Positions 29,179 through 39,586 of a stretch of 64,000 nucleotides of DNA are shown here, piece after piece (positions within the stretch are counted from its first letter, which is position 1; every line of letters starts with the position of its first letter). The notes beneath the pieces were generated by a model that saw nothing but the letters and a program-made list of their open reading frames with translations, did no database searches and was not told where the DNA came from. This DNA is from an uncultured virus (IMG/VR IMGVR_UViG_3300046030_000041) (Duplodnaviria > Heunggongvirae > Uroviricota > Caudoviricetes). The translations under genes were made by a program, and so were the position numbers. Where the stretch lies: IMG/VR virus record IMGVR_UViG_3300046030_000041, one strand, 5' to 3'.

Positions 29179-31665
29179 ATGGAACGCAGAAAACTTACAA
29201 AAGCGGATATCGATAAGGTCCGCAATATCGAAGGCTTTCCCATTGGCAGCGATGAGGATATTATTGCGCTTTCCGATGCGCCTTTCTATACAGCATGCCC
29301 CAATTCCTTCATTGAGGAGTTTATCAAGGAGAATGGAACCCCATATGATGAGGCAACGGATGATTACCATCGTGAGCCATACACAGACGATGTGGCCGAA
29401 GATAAGCATGACTTGATTTACAATATCCATAGTTATCATACAAAGGTTCCGCCAAAAGCTATAATGACCTATCTTGAACATTACACGAATCCGGGCGATA
29501 CGGTCATCGATACTTTTTGTGGCTCCGGAATGACTGGTGTGGCTGCGCAATTGTGCAATAGCGGAGCCCGAAATGCAATTTTGGTTGACTTGTCTCCTTA
29601 CGCAACTTTTTTGGCATCAAACTATAATAATTCAAACAATTCGCATGTGATATCTGAATTACAAGGAATCATTGAAGAACTATCTAACAAATACGGTTAT
29701 CTATACAGAACGAATCATGTTGTAAACGGGAAAACACAGATTGGATTTAGTGGGAAACCGATTGAAGGAACTATAAATTATACAATCTGGTCAGATGTCT
29801 TTTTCTGTCCTCACTGTGGTCAGGAAATGGTGTACTACAATGCGGCCCTCGATCCTAAGACAAAAAAAGCCTTAAAGAAATTCAAGTGTCCAAAGTGCAA
29901 TTTTGAAATAAGCAAACTTAATATGATTCTCAAGAAAGAGACTGATATGACAGATTCTGGTGAATATGCCGAACACGCTGTAAAGGTGCCTGTTTTGATT
30001 AACTACAGCATTGATAAAAAGCGGTTTGTAAAAACGCCAGATGCAGATGATATTGCTAAGATTGAGACCTCAAGAATCGTAGAATGGCTACCGAAGGATG
30101 AGCTGCCCACAGGATATAATACTGAACAGCCTAAGCGGTCGCATGGAATGTGTTGGGTTAACTCGTTCTATACGAAAAGAACTCAATTCATGCTCAGCGA
30201 GACATATGCAAGAGTTAAGACAGATCAAAAAAAGATGTTTCTGTTTACCAGTATCTTGCCTAAACTCACGCTGCTAAATCGATATATGCCTGAACACGGG
30301 AGCAGAGCATTAGTAGGTCCTATGGTTGGCACATACTACGTTCCCTCGTTGAGCGTAGAAAATAATGTTATCCATCAATTGTTGTTCCAATTGCAAAAGC
30401 TGGGGCATCTTTCCTACCAGCAAGGGAAAGTGCTCGTTAGCACGCAATCGGCGACCGATTTGAGCAATATTCCAACAGATAGCATTGACTATGTGTTTGT
30501 AGATCCTCCTTTTGGCGCAAATATTATGTACTCTGAATTGAACTTCATGCCAGAAAGTTGGTTAAAAGTAAAAACAAACAACGCGGAAGAAGCTATCATT
30601 AACAACATCCAGAACAAAGCACTTCCTGAATATACAGGATTAATGAGCCAGAGTTTTCGTGAACTGTTCCGCGTCTTAAAGCCTAATCATTGGATAACGA
30701 TAGAATTTCACAATTCAAAGAATGCAGTTTGGAATGCAATACAACAAAGTATCCAGACCGCAGGCTTTATTATTGCAGATGTTCGCACTCTCAGCAAAGA
30801 AAAGAAAACGGTTATGCAATACAAGTCTGACAATACCGTTGATCAAGACTTAGTTATTTCAGCATATAAGCCAAAGGATAGTTTTACGCGAGAATTTAGA
30901 CTGAAAATTGGTAGTGTCGATACAGCATGGGATTTTGTCAGGGAACATCTTTCAAACCTACGAGTCGTTGTGAACAATGATGGAATTATCGAGGTTGTAT
31001 CCGAGCGTCAGGCGTTTTTGCTTTGGGATAGGATGGTAGCTTATCATATTATGCAAGGAATCGCTGTTCCTCTTGATGCAACAGATTTCTATAAAGGTCT
31101 CGACGAGCGATTCTTGAAGCGCGACAATATGTATTTCCTGCCAAATCAAGTTAATGAATATGATTTAGTACGCTCAACTTGCGAAGTTGAAAGCCTTCAG
31201 TTTTCGCTGTTTGTCTCTGATGAAAAATCTGCCATAGGCTGGCTATATCAGCAGTTGAGTCCTGAAGGACATGGCCCGCAAACTTATGCGGAATTGATGC
31301 CAAAATTCATGCAAGAATGCCAGGCGCTGGACAAGCGTGAGAAAATGCCGGAGCTCTCCGTCATCCTCGAAGAAAACTTCCTCAAGGACGATGATGGCCG
31401 CTGGTATATTCCTGACCTGACCAAGAGCGGTGATATTGCGAAACTGCGTGAAAAGAACCTGCTCAAAGAATTCCAGGAGTATTTGTCCACCAAAGGTAAG
31501 CTCAAAGTATTCCGCTCTGAGGCCATCCGTGCTGGGTTTGCAAAGCTGTGGAAGGACAAGGACTATGCGACCATCGTTGCAGTGGCCGAACGTCTGCCGG
31601 AGGAAACCATTCAAGAGGACCAGAATCTGCTGATGTACTACGATATCAGCTTGGGTCGTGTGTAA
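29179..31665 (+). CDS. pglXI: BREX type 3 DNA methyltransferase PglXI
   Basis: HSYHTKVP, DTFCGSGMTG, DPPFGANIMYSELN. Confidence 0.85.
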   Translation: MERRKLTKADIDKVRNIEGFPIGSDEDIIALSDAPFYTACPNSFIEEFIKENGTPYDEATDDYHREPYTDDVAEDKHDLIYNIHSYHTKVPPKAIMTYLEHYTNPGDTVIDTFCGSGMTGVAAQLCNSGARNAILVDLSPYATFLASNYNNSNNSHVISELQGIIEELSNKYGYLYRTNHVVNGKTQIGFSGKPIEGTINYTIWSDVFFCPHCGQEMVYYNAALDPKTKKALKKFKCPKCNFEISKLNMILKKETDMTDSGEYAEHAVKVPVLINYSIDKKRFVKTPDADDIAKIETSRIVEWLPKDELPTGYNTEQPKRSHGMCWVNSFYTKRTQFMLSETYARVKTDQKKMFLFTSILPKLTLLNRYMPEHGSRALVGPMVGTYYVPSLSVENNVIHQLLFQLQKLGHLSYQQGKVLVSTQSATDLSNIPTDSIDYVFVDPPFGANIMYSELNFMPESWLKVKTNNAEEAIINNIQNKALPEYTGLMSQSFRELFRVLKPNHWITIEFHNSKNAVWNAIQQSIQTAGFIIADVRTLSKEKKTVMQYKSDNTVDQDLVISAYKPKDSFTREFRLKIGSVDTAWDFVREHLSNLRVVVNNDGIIEVVSERQAFLLWDRMVAYHIMQGIAVPLDATDFYKGLDERFLKRDNMYFLPNQVNEYDLVRSTCEVESLQFSLFVSDEKSAIGWLYQQLSPEGHGPQTYAELMPKFMQECQALDKREKMPELSVILEENFLKDDDGRWYIPDLTKSGDIAKLREKNLLKEFQEYLSTKGKLKVFRSEAIRAGFAKLWKDKDYATIVAVAERLPEETIQEDQNLLMYYDISLGRV

Positions 31666-31686
31666 TTCATCACTGGAGGAATTGTA

Positions 31687-34359
31687 ATGCTGAAAACCGG
31701 AGATTTTGTATTCGACAAGGCGACGGGTGCCAACGTTCAAGTTCTGGATCGGATTGAAGCATGGAGCTATATATCCTACCGCGTTTTTAATCCGTCAACC
31801 GGAAAGGTCTACAAAGTGGCCGAAGAACAACTGAATAAGGACGGCGGCACCAACACCTACGACGAGAATTATCTCCGGTATGTCACGCTACTCTGCAAGA
31901 TAAAAAATGAGACAGCAGGCGGTTTGCTCTCTTCACTTGCCAGCGGCGTTATTCCGCTTCCCCACCAGCTTCATGTTCTAAACCGGGCAATGGAGCACAA
32001 TACCATTCGCTATATTCTTGCCGATGAGGTTGGTCTCGGAAAGACCATCGAGGCCGGAATGGTCATCAAAGAACTGAAAGCACGTGGCCTCGTGCGCCGG
32101 GTTCTGGTCGTCTGTCCCACCGGCTTGGTGACCCAGTGGGCCGCAGAAATGCAGGACAAATTCCATGAGAAATTCAATATCATCCTGCCGTCAGATTTTG
32201 ACACAATTCGACGTCTGACGGACAGCGAAGATGTGTATGGCCAGTATGATCAGATCATTTCGCCGATGGACTCCATCAAGCCAATCGAAAAGCATGTTGG
32301 CTGGACTGATGAGCGCGTGGAAAAGTACAACGAGGAACGCATTTATTCTATCATCAACAGCGGTTGGGACCTGATTGTCATCGATGAGGCCCACCGTGTT
32401 GCTGGCTCCTCCAGTGAGGTCGCTCGGTACAAATTGGGTTATCTGCTCTCACAGGCAAGCCCTTATTTACTGCTGCTATCGGCTACACCGCACAACGGCA
32501 AAACCGAGCCGTTCCTGCGCCTTGTGCGTCTTTTGGATGAGGAGGCTTTTCCAAATGCCAAATCCATCGTGAAAGAGCAAGTCGCACCGTATCTGATTCG
32601 CACGGAGAAGCGAGAGGCCATTGACAACAACGGAAACAAGCTCTTCAAAAACCGCATCACGCATTTGGTAGTCCTGAATTGGGATGAGCGCCACACGATG
32701 CAGCGGGAGCTGTATAAGCTGGTGACCGCATATGTTTCCAAAACCTACAACAAGGCACTCCGGAATCGCAAAAAGAACATGTGCCTTATCTTCCTGCTCA
32801 TCATTATGCAGCGCATGGTCACAAGCAGTACGGCGGCTGTCCGGCAAAGCCTCGAACGGCGTTTGAAAGTGCTGCAGGATCAGGCCACAAAGATCGGCAG
32901 CCTGACTGAAGAAGACCTTGATGAGCTCAACATCGAGGACGGCGTTGAGGAAGCACTTGAAGCGATTTCTCTGGACAACGATGAGGAAATAGCCGAACTG
33001 CAGCAGATTATATCTGTCGCTAAGCAGGCCGAATTCCAGCACCCGGATGTTAAAGTTGAAACTCTGCTGGATACCATCGACAGCATTTTAAGCGAGGACG
33101 CCAACCAGAAAATCATCGTTTTCACAGAGTTCGTTGCCACGCAGAAATATCTGCAGAAAATCCTGATCGGACGCGGATATACTGTGTCAGCTCTTAATGG
33201 CAGCATGAGTATTGATGAGCGCAATATTGCGCTGCAGGACTTCCGCGACCGCGCCAACATTTTCATTTCGACTGACGCAGGCGGCGAAGGTTTGAACCTT
33301 CAGTTCAGCAATATCATCATCAACTACGATCTTCCCTGGAATCCGATGAAGATTGAGCAGCGGTGCGGCCGTGCTGATCGTATCGGGCAGAAGCGCGACG
33401 TACATATCTACAATTTCATTATCGAGGACACCGTCGAAAACAGAGTAAGGCAGGTCCTTGAAGAAAAGCTATCGGTCATTTTGAAAGAGATGGGCGTCGA
33501 CAAGTATTCCGATGTACTGGACAGCGAAGTGGCCGAGTGCGATTTTACAGATGTCTACATGCGTTCGATCAGCCATCCGGCGAAGATTACTGAAGCGCTT
33601 TATCCGGTTGAGTCGGAAATGAAGCAGCAGGTCGCCAATGCCCAAAAATATAAGGACGTGATCCGCGAAGAGAAAGACCTGACGAAGCTTGTCGGGCAGG
33701 AATCGGATTTTGATGTCGAGTCTGCATTGAAGAAGCTACTTGCCTATTATGATAACTGGCAAGGCAAAGAAATGACATTGATCGACCGGGTGGGCATTAA
33801 TGATACGAGGGTGACTCAGCATCTGAGCACAGATATTGTGCAGGACCGGCTTTCCCCGCTCCTGTCCGTAGGTATTAAGAATTTCCCAAACGAAGCCGGC
33901 TTTTTCATGCTGTGGGAACTTTCACTGACTGACAAGGATAGCGATCAGCGAATCATTCCGATATTTGTGAATGAGAACTTTGTACTGCGCCCGATGGCCG
34001 GCAAAAAGATCATGGACGTATTTCTCGACGAAGCATCTCGTTTGTCGGTAAGAAATGTGCCAAATATTACTTCGGAGGAATACGCAAAGCTCGAAAAAAT
34101 GAGCATGGACTTTGCCTTTGACGCTTTCATCGATTTGAAAGACAAACAACTCATGAAAAACAAGGAGAGCTATGAGAAATACATGTACGCTCTCAAACTG
34201 CGTACAGAAGCGGCGCAGCAAATCGGCATTGAGAACATAAGGAAATCCCGCATTGCAAGACTGCAGCGGGAAAGAGACACAATTGAAGAAAACTACAAAA
34301 ATGGCCAACAGGTGTATCCTGATTTCCGTCTGGTCGTGCTTGTGAAACTGGAGGCTTAG
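31687..34359 (+). CDS. brxHII: SNF2-type helicase BrxHII
   Basis: ADEVGLGKT, DEAH, SATP, GGEGLNLQ, EQRCGRADRIGQ. Confidence 0.85.
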   Translation: MLKTGDFVFDKATGANVQVLDRIEAWSYISYRVFNPSTGKVYKVAEEQLNKDGGTNTYDENYLRYVTLLCKIKNETAGGLLSSLASGVIPLPHQLHVLNRAMEHNTIRYILADEVGLGKTIEAGMVIKELKARGLVRRVLVVCPTGLVTQWAAEMQDKFHEKFNIILPSDFDTIRRLTDSEDVYGQYDQIISPMDSIKPIEKHVGWTDERVEKYNEERIYSIINSGWDLIVIDEAHRVAGSSSEVARYKLGYLLSQASPYLLLLSATPHNGKTEPFLRLVRLLDEEAFPNAKSIVKEQVAPYLIRTEKREAIDNNGNKLFKNRITHLVVLNWDERHTMQRELYKLVTAYVSKTYNKALRNRKKNMCLIFLLIIMQRMVTSSTAAVRQSLERRLKVLQDQATKIGSLTEEDLDELNIEDGVEEALEAISLDNDEEIAELQQIISVAKQAEFQHPDVKVETLLDTIDSILSEDANQKIIVFTEFVATQKYLQKILIGRGYTVSALNGSMSIDERNIALQDFRDRANIFISTDAGGEGLNLQFSNIIINYDLPWNPMKIEQRCGRADRIGQKRDVHIYNFIIEDTVENRVRQVLEEKLSVILKEMGVDKYSDVLDSEVAECDFTDVYMRSISHPAKITEALYPVESEMKQQVANAQKYKDVIREEKDLTKLVGQESDFDVESALKKLLAYYDNWQGKEMTLIDRVGINDTRVTQHLSTDIVQDRLSPLLSVGIKNFPNEAGFFMLWELSLTDKDSDQRIIPIFVNENFVLRPMAGKKIMDVFLDEASRLSVRNVPNITSEEYAKLEKMSMDFAFDAFIDLKDKQLMKNKESYEKYMYALKLRTEAAQQIGIENIRKSRIARLQRERDTIEENYKNGQQVYPDFRLVVLVKLEA

Positions 34360-34361
34360 CA

Positions 34362-35825
34362 ATGTTCGCGGACTATGTGTATGAAAAATCATCTGCAGCT
34401 TATTCGAATAAAATTCTATTGATCGACGCTGATGATCTTCAAAGCGTCACGGATTACTGCGCCAATTTTTCAGCACACGGTTTTCAAATAATCCATTTTG
34501 CTGACGATCTGGCCTTCCGCATAGAACATGATGATGCGATTAACAGCAGTGACGAAAAGTGCGCGCTGATTGTAAAACCAGACGTCTATATCCCGTATGA
34601 TATTCACAGGCGCTTTCGGTGCTTTGAAGTTTCGATCTCTAACCTGTTTCCCGACTTGAATTCATCAGCTATTCGGGACGCTGAGAATATCAATCTCGAT
34701 TTATTGTGCATGGCCTATCAGCGCAACTATGCCGATTTAAAAATGTATCCAATGACGCAGCAGTTTTTAAAGAACAAAGTATACAGCCACGATAATATAG
34801 CTGCATATCTTCAGGAATGTCAGAATCAACTTGCTGAATCAGTCTGCTCTGCAAAGACATATCAGGACTGGTTCCGAGTGGCTAATCTAAAATCAGCAAT
34901 GGATGTAATGTCGGTTAAGTACGACATACCAATCTCATCCGGACAGGCACAGGAAGCATTCAAGCAGTTTGTACTTGCCAGTTTCGGAAAGCTTTCCACG
35001 GCAATCAACAAAGATGGACCGGTACTCGTAAGTCGGGCGATGGAATACATGCACGGGAATAGCGACAAGTTTGCAATAATTGTTATGGATGGTATGTCGG
35101 AATTCGACTGGCACATTATTGCGGAAGGATTCACAGGCATACACTACGAAAAGTCAGACGCCTTTGCAATGATCCCTACTACGACATCTATTTCACGTCA
35201 ATGTCTTCTCTCTGGCAAATATCCGGTACAGCTGTTGGCGCCGTGGAAGCAAAGCAAGGAGAAAACAGAATTTCTTGATTGCGCTCAAAAGCTCGGATTT
35301 ACTGAGGCACAAATCGGATATGAGCGCGGTTATGAAGCGGACTTTGCTGCATCGGTAAAGTGTGCAGCGGTCATCATAAATGACGTAGATGATATGGTGC
35401 ATGGGCAAAAGCAAGGACGCATAGGCATGCTCAATGACATCTCCGTTCTTTCAAAGCAAGCCCAGCTTTTGAATTTGACGAAGCGTCTTCTGAGTAAAGG
35501 CTTTGATGTTTATATTTCTGCGGATCATGGAAACACTCCGTGTACCGGCATGGGAAAATTGATGAAGACAGGTGTGGAAGTTGAGACAAAAAGCAGACGA
35601 ATGATCGTGCTGCGTGATTTTGCGGATAAACAAACACTTGCCGACCAATACGAACTAATTGAATATCCGAAGTATTATTTGAGCAAAGAATTTGACTATC
35701 TGATTTGTGACGTAGGCCGCTCATTTGATGCAAAGGGTGAAGAAGTGATGAGCCACGGCGGTATAACCGTTGATGAGGTCATCGTACCATTTATCAAGAT
35801 AAAGGCGGACGAAAACAATGGCTAA
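34362..35825 (+). CDS. pglZ: PglZ alkaline-phosphatase-family protein
   Basis: VMDGMS, PTTTSISRQ, VDDMVHG, SADHG, SHGG..E.IVPF. Confidence 0.9.
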   Translation: MFADYVYEKSSAAYSNKILLIDADDLQSVTDYCANFSAHGFQIIHFADDLAFRIEHDDAINSSDEKCALIVKPDVYIPYDIHRRFRCFEVSISNLFPDLNSSAIRDAENINLDLLCMAYQRNYADLKMYPMTQQFLKNKVYSHDNIAAYLQECQNQLAESVCSAKTYQDWFRVANLKSAMDVMSVKYDIPISSGQAQEAFKQFVLASFGKLSTAINKDGPVLVSRAMEYMHGNSDKFAIIVMDGMSEFDWHIIAEGFTGIHYEKSDAFAMIPTTTSISRQCLLSGKYPVQLLAPWKQSKEKTEFLDCAQKLGFTEAQIGYERGYEADFAASVKCAAVIINDVDDMVHGQKQGRIGMLNDISVLSKQAQLLNLTKRLLSKGFDVYISADHGNTPCTGMGKLMKTGVEVETKSRRMIVLRDFADKQTLADQYELIEYPKYYLSKEFDYLICDVGRSFDAKGEEVMSHGGITVDEVIVPFIKIKADENNG

Positions 35826-36522
35826 AACTGTAGGACTTTCACGTAATATTAAAATGCAATGGCTAAACAAAGCTGTGGCTTTACTCTATGATAATTTGGA
35901 AGAAACGGAATATAAAAGTGCTCTGAACGAGTATTTGGGCTTTGAAATAGGTAGCGTCATCAATATAAGAAAGACCCGCGAAATTCTCATGCATTTGTGG
36001 TTCTACAAGGATGATGAAACAAACGATATCCGAGAACTGGGGCTTTCTTTAATCCGCGCATATCCTGATTACGCATTACCAATTCACTGGTGTATGATTC
36101 TTATCACATACCCGGTGTTTGCTGATGTATGCAAATTAATCGGCCGTATTTCTGATTTTCAGGAGGAGATCACATTAGCGCAGCTCAAACAAAAGCTGTT
36201 TGATGAGTGGGGTGAAAGAACAACGCTGTTCCATTCCACGGACAAGATCATCATGACCATGAAGGACATGGGCGTGCTTTCTTGCGAAAAGCCCGGAAAA
36301 TACCACATACAAAAGTATCCGATAAGTAACGAACAGATCGTTAATTATATGCTGTTAGTAGCAATGAAAGTGGGCGGAAATAGCTACTATACTCTTCCCG
36401 ACCTTACGAACATAGGCGTTCTGTTTCCTTTTGAATACCGAGTGAATAAGGAGCAGCTTATTACAGATGATCATTTTGTGATCAACAATTTCGGTGGAGA
36501 AATAACAGTAGCATTAAAATAA
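35818..36522 (+). CDS. brxA: BREX type 3 BrxA-like protein
   Basis: Follows and overlaps pglZ; HWCMILITYPVF, EWGERTT motifs. Confidence 0.65.
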   Translation: MAKTVGLSRNIKMQWLNKAVALLYDNLEETEYKSALNEYLGFEIGSVINIRKTREILMHLWFYKDDETNDIRELGLSLIRAYPDYALPIHWCMILITYPVFADVCKLIGRISDFQEEITLAQLKQKLFDEWGERTTLFHSTDKIIMTMKDMGVLSCEKPGKYHIQKYPISNEQIVNYMLLVAMKVGGNSYYTLPDLTNIGVLFPFEYRVNKEQLITDDHFVINNFGGEITVALK

Positions 36523-36539
36523 AACGAGGAGGATTTCAT

Positions 36540-36782
36540 ATGCCAGCAGTAATAGTGAAAAAAGAAGAAAAAGTCGCCTCAGTTTTTGCAGCAATGAGTA
36601 ATCCAAATGATATTCAAGAATTTAAGACCAAGTTCAAAGAAATGTACCCAAAGGAATGGCAGCATATCATTGCTGTTTATCAAAAAGAGGAACGTGCAGA
36701 CATCAAGCATAAAGGTCACCCGATGCCGGAGCCGGAAAAATATCTCGAAAATACATATAAAGTCGCACGTAATAAACGGTGA
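36540..36782 (+). CDS. Small hypothetical protein
   Basis: 80 aa, strong GAGGAGG RBS, follows brxA. Confidence 0.65.
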   Translation: MPAVIVKKEEKVASVFAAMSNPNDIQEFKTKFKEMYPKEWQHIIAVYQKEERADIKHKGHPMPEPEKYLENTYKVARNKR

Positions 36783-36786
36783 GCAG

Positions 36787-36829
36787 AACGTCAGAGTGAA
36801 ACGTCAGAGTGAAACGTCAGAGTGAAACG
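36787..36829 (+). repeat. 13-bp tandem repeat, three copies (AACGTCAGAGTGA)
   Basis: Read directly. Confidence 0.95.
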
Positions 36830-37037
36830 AAGAACCTTTTAATTTTGCCACACTTTTTAATTATTCTTCGGCTGCCAATTTTGCAGGGTAAGTAAATACA
36901 AAATAGGCTGCCGGCACTACAAACCAAATAAATAAAAAAGGGCTCCCGAAGCTCGCATCGAAAAGGTGCGGAACCTCGGAAGCCCTTTATTTCAAGCCTT
37001 TTTCGGCACGCTGCTGTCGGGGGAAGGCTCTTTCTTA

Positions 37038-37089
37038 TTGTATCAAAGACGGTAAGAACATAGAAGTTAGCGCAATGAAAATGATACAA
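37038..37089. other. Candidate serine-recombinase att site
   Basis: TTGTATCA-36 bp-TGATACAA in the gap between the two elements. Confidence 0.4.
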
Positions 37090-37334
37090 AAGGATGCAAT
37101 GGCCGGAACCTATATGTTATGGCACTTTCAAGAATTCACAGTTCTTGGGGGTGCTTATTTTTATGCCCCTTTTCCGGCGGTCAATAGGGGATGAATAAGG
37201 TGATTGCATACGGCTGAACAGTTTTCTGTTGAAAAATAAAAAAAGCCAGTAACAGCGATTCTTGGAAAGTTTTATTCAGGAACCTATGTTTACCGGCTTT
37301 TTATATTAGAGGAATTTGATAATAGTCTGTTAAG

Positions 37335-39134
37335 TCAACCATCCTCATCCAGGTCTAGTAAAAATCCGGGACGGCCGCTTTCTTTGTCGAAATGAATAAT
37401 GTTAGCCCCATATTCTGTATAGTTTAGACTGGCAGTATTTTTGGTATTTTCGAAGATAATAATTTGCCCGTCATCTTGATGCTTAAGCATAAATTCAAAC
37501 AATCCGTTACGCATACTGATATCGTAGTTTTCTTTTTTCCCTTGATCTAGGCCACTTAATGGACTATCTATAATCAGAAGCCCCGGATTGAACATGGCAT
37601 TATCCTTAAGATATTTTCTGATAGCAAGTGCCATTACCGTATTGACAAAGGAAGAGTAACCATTTCCATTTCCCGCGCTTTTTTTATGACCATTAATAAT
37701 TGCATCAAAGGTATTAACATCAAATGAAGCACTGTTGAGATTAGGATAATGGCACTCTATAAGAATTTCTTTTAATAAAGCACTAATGTCTGATTGAAAG
37801 GATTGTTCCAGAAAGTTAACAGGGTGGTATATTTCTTCAATTGCATCATCTGATGGTAAATTCTCTAGATCCTTTTCATATTCCTCAGTAGTTTCTTTTA
37901 TTGAAGACAGAATTGTTTGCGCCTTGATATAAGCTTCAAATTGAGACATTATTTCATTTATTTTTTCAAACCTTGGGCGCAATTTGTTTTGTACTCGATC
38001 ATTTGTTGTGTCCACTTCTTTTTGTAACTTAGCCAAATCATGCACGATGCGGTGTGTTCGTTCTTTCAAGTCGGCCTTTACGGAATCCAGCTCTTTGCTT
38101 TGGGCTAAAATATTCTGAAGTTCAGCATTGGCCGAATTGGTGTAGGATTTATGCTTTTTAAGAGTTATTTGACTTTGGCAGAAAGGGCAGACTTCCGCTT
38201 TACGCCCAAAATCTTTAAGATGAGCCTCACCATCTACAATATTAGTAAGTCTTTTTATATCAGCAATATATTGAGAGGATAAATCTTCATATTGTTCCTG
38301 TAAGAGCACATACTCACTGCGCTTTTTGTTCAGGCCCTCAATTCTCTTCAAGAGAGAAGTATAGTATTTACTGGATTTTTCAATTTCTTCTTTAAGGCTT
38401 TGACGAATATTAACTAACTGAGATATTTTGGAATGAATTTCATCGTCATTGCTTGCGTGAAGAGCCTTTTCAATTGATTCTTTCTGTTTTGCTGCCATTT
38501 GCAGCTTCTGCTCGATAAAATTCTTTACTGCTTTTCTCTGAGCTCTTCGAATTTCCGGTTTTTCTACTTCTTCTTTCTCTGCATAATCATTTCCAGATAA
38601 TAGAAAGATAAGAGAAGAAAGAAATGCTGTTTTACCAGTTGCCTGGTTGGGAAGGATAGGTGAATCGTGCTCCGCTATTATGGATTGGTGCGGAATTAAT
38701 ATTAAAGGTAAAATAGTTCGCCAGGTAAGTAATTGTTTACGGAAATATTGATTTTTTATGATTTTATGGCGATCTTTAACGCCTATAGCGGCAAAAAGAA
38801 AGTCATTAAGGCCTCTTTCGTCATCTTTACCCTTGAGTGAATATTTTCCTGAAGGATAGTTAGGGATAGTAGAATCAATATCAATTCCTTTGGAATCAAA
38901 AGAGCGAGTGATTTTTAAATTTCCAAATCGGCTGGTTATATCTAGTGTGATTTTGTTATAGCCCAATGAAGCATCAAAGGGGAGAACTTTGCTGCCGAAA
39001 CAAAAGTCGATGGTTCGAAAAATACAACTTTTACCAGTATTTGATTCACCCTCAATAATATTAAGACCGGGGCCAAGTTTTATAGTTGAAGGTGACTTTC
39101 CTTCACCCAGTGCTGTAATTCTGGTGATTTTCAT
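37335..39134 (-). CDS. SMC/Rad50-like ABC ATPase (LmuB-like), copy 2
   Basis: GESNTGKS, CPFC, GNGNGY, LIIDSP; homologous to 22922. Confidence 0.88.
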   Translation of the reverse strand: MKITRITALGEGKSPSTIKLGPGLNIIEGESNTGKSCIFRTIDFCFGSKVLPFDASLGYNKITLDITSRFGNLKITRSFDSKGIDIDSTIPNYPSGKYSLKGKDDERGLNDFLFAAIGVKDRHKIIKNQYFRKQLLTWRTILPLILIPHQSIIAEHDSPILPNQATGKTAFLSSLIFLLSGNDYAEKEEVEKPEIRRAQRKAVKNFIEQKLQMAAKQKESIEKALHASNDDEIHSKISQLVNIRQSLKEEIEKSSKYYTSLLKRIEGLNKKRSEYVLLQEQYEDLSSQYIADIKRLTNIVDGEAHLKDFGRKAEVCPFCQSQITLKKHKSYTNSANAELQNILAQSKELDSVKADLKERTHRIVHDLAKLQKEVDTTNDRVQNKLRPRFEKINEIMSQFEAYIKAQTILSSIKETTEEYEKDLENLPSDDAIEEIYHPVNFLEQSFQSDISALLKEILIECHYPNLNSASFDVNTFDAIINGHKKSAGNGNGYSSFVNTVMALAIRKYLKDNAMFNPGLLIIDSPLSGLDQGKKENYDISMRNGLFEFMLKHQDDGQIIIFENTKNTASLNYTEYGANIIHFDKESGRPGFLLDLDEDG

Positions 39135-39136
39135 GG

Positions 39137-39586
39137 TTACTCCTCCGTGTGCCGTAAGGACTCTTGATTATAAATACTTAAAAGCTCTGTATCTGATTTA
39201 TTTCCAAACTGCTGCTTTGTATTTTTTAATATCGATAAATACTGAATTTTATAAGTAGAAGACAAGGATTTTACGTATTCTTGTCCTGTTGAGTCTATCT
39301 TATACAAGAAACCCGATTTGGGGGAGTAGTGGACATTTACAAATCCATCAAGCACCCCACGCTTTAAACCTTTTTTGAACATGGCTCTTCGTGCCGAATA
39401 TTCACTAAACCGGAATGTGTTGTCTCCATGAAGATTGTAAGTCGATACCCCAAAAGACTTTCCATAGATGGTTATAAAATCAAGGAGCGTAATTTGTACA
39501 AGAGACAATGCTAAATCTTTAAATACGGATAATATCAACAGGGAGCGTAGTTCAGATTCAAATGCGGTGTTAAAAATCCTCGTCAT
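39137..39586 (-). CDS. ABC three-component middle component, copy 2
   Basis: IFNTAFESELR, LDFITIY, LHGDN.F.FSEY..RR. Confidence 0.8.
   Translation of the reverse strand: MTRIFNTAFESELRSLLILSVFKDLALSLVQITLLDFITIYGKSFGVSTYNLHGDNTFRFSEYSARRAMFKKGLKRGVLDGFVNVHYSPKSGFLYKIDSTGQEYVKSLSSTYKIQYLSILKNTKQQFGNKSDTELLSIYNQESLRHTEE

Larger units (their letters stand above)
1686..37089 (-). mobile_element. Defective prophage-like element 1 with ABC-3C and BREX cargo (left end outside the window; right end approximate)
   Basis: Collinear replication, packaging, lysis and recombinase modules; no portal, capsid or tail genes. Confidence 0.7.

Noticed and set aside
36787..36829. Repeat as a CRISPR array
   Set aside because: 13-bp units with no spacers and no cas operon.
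36817..37089. 90-aa ORF in the junction
   Set aside because: No RBS or motifs; it overlaps repeats and the candidate att site.
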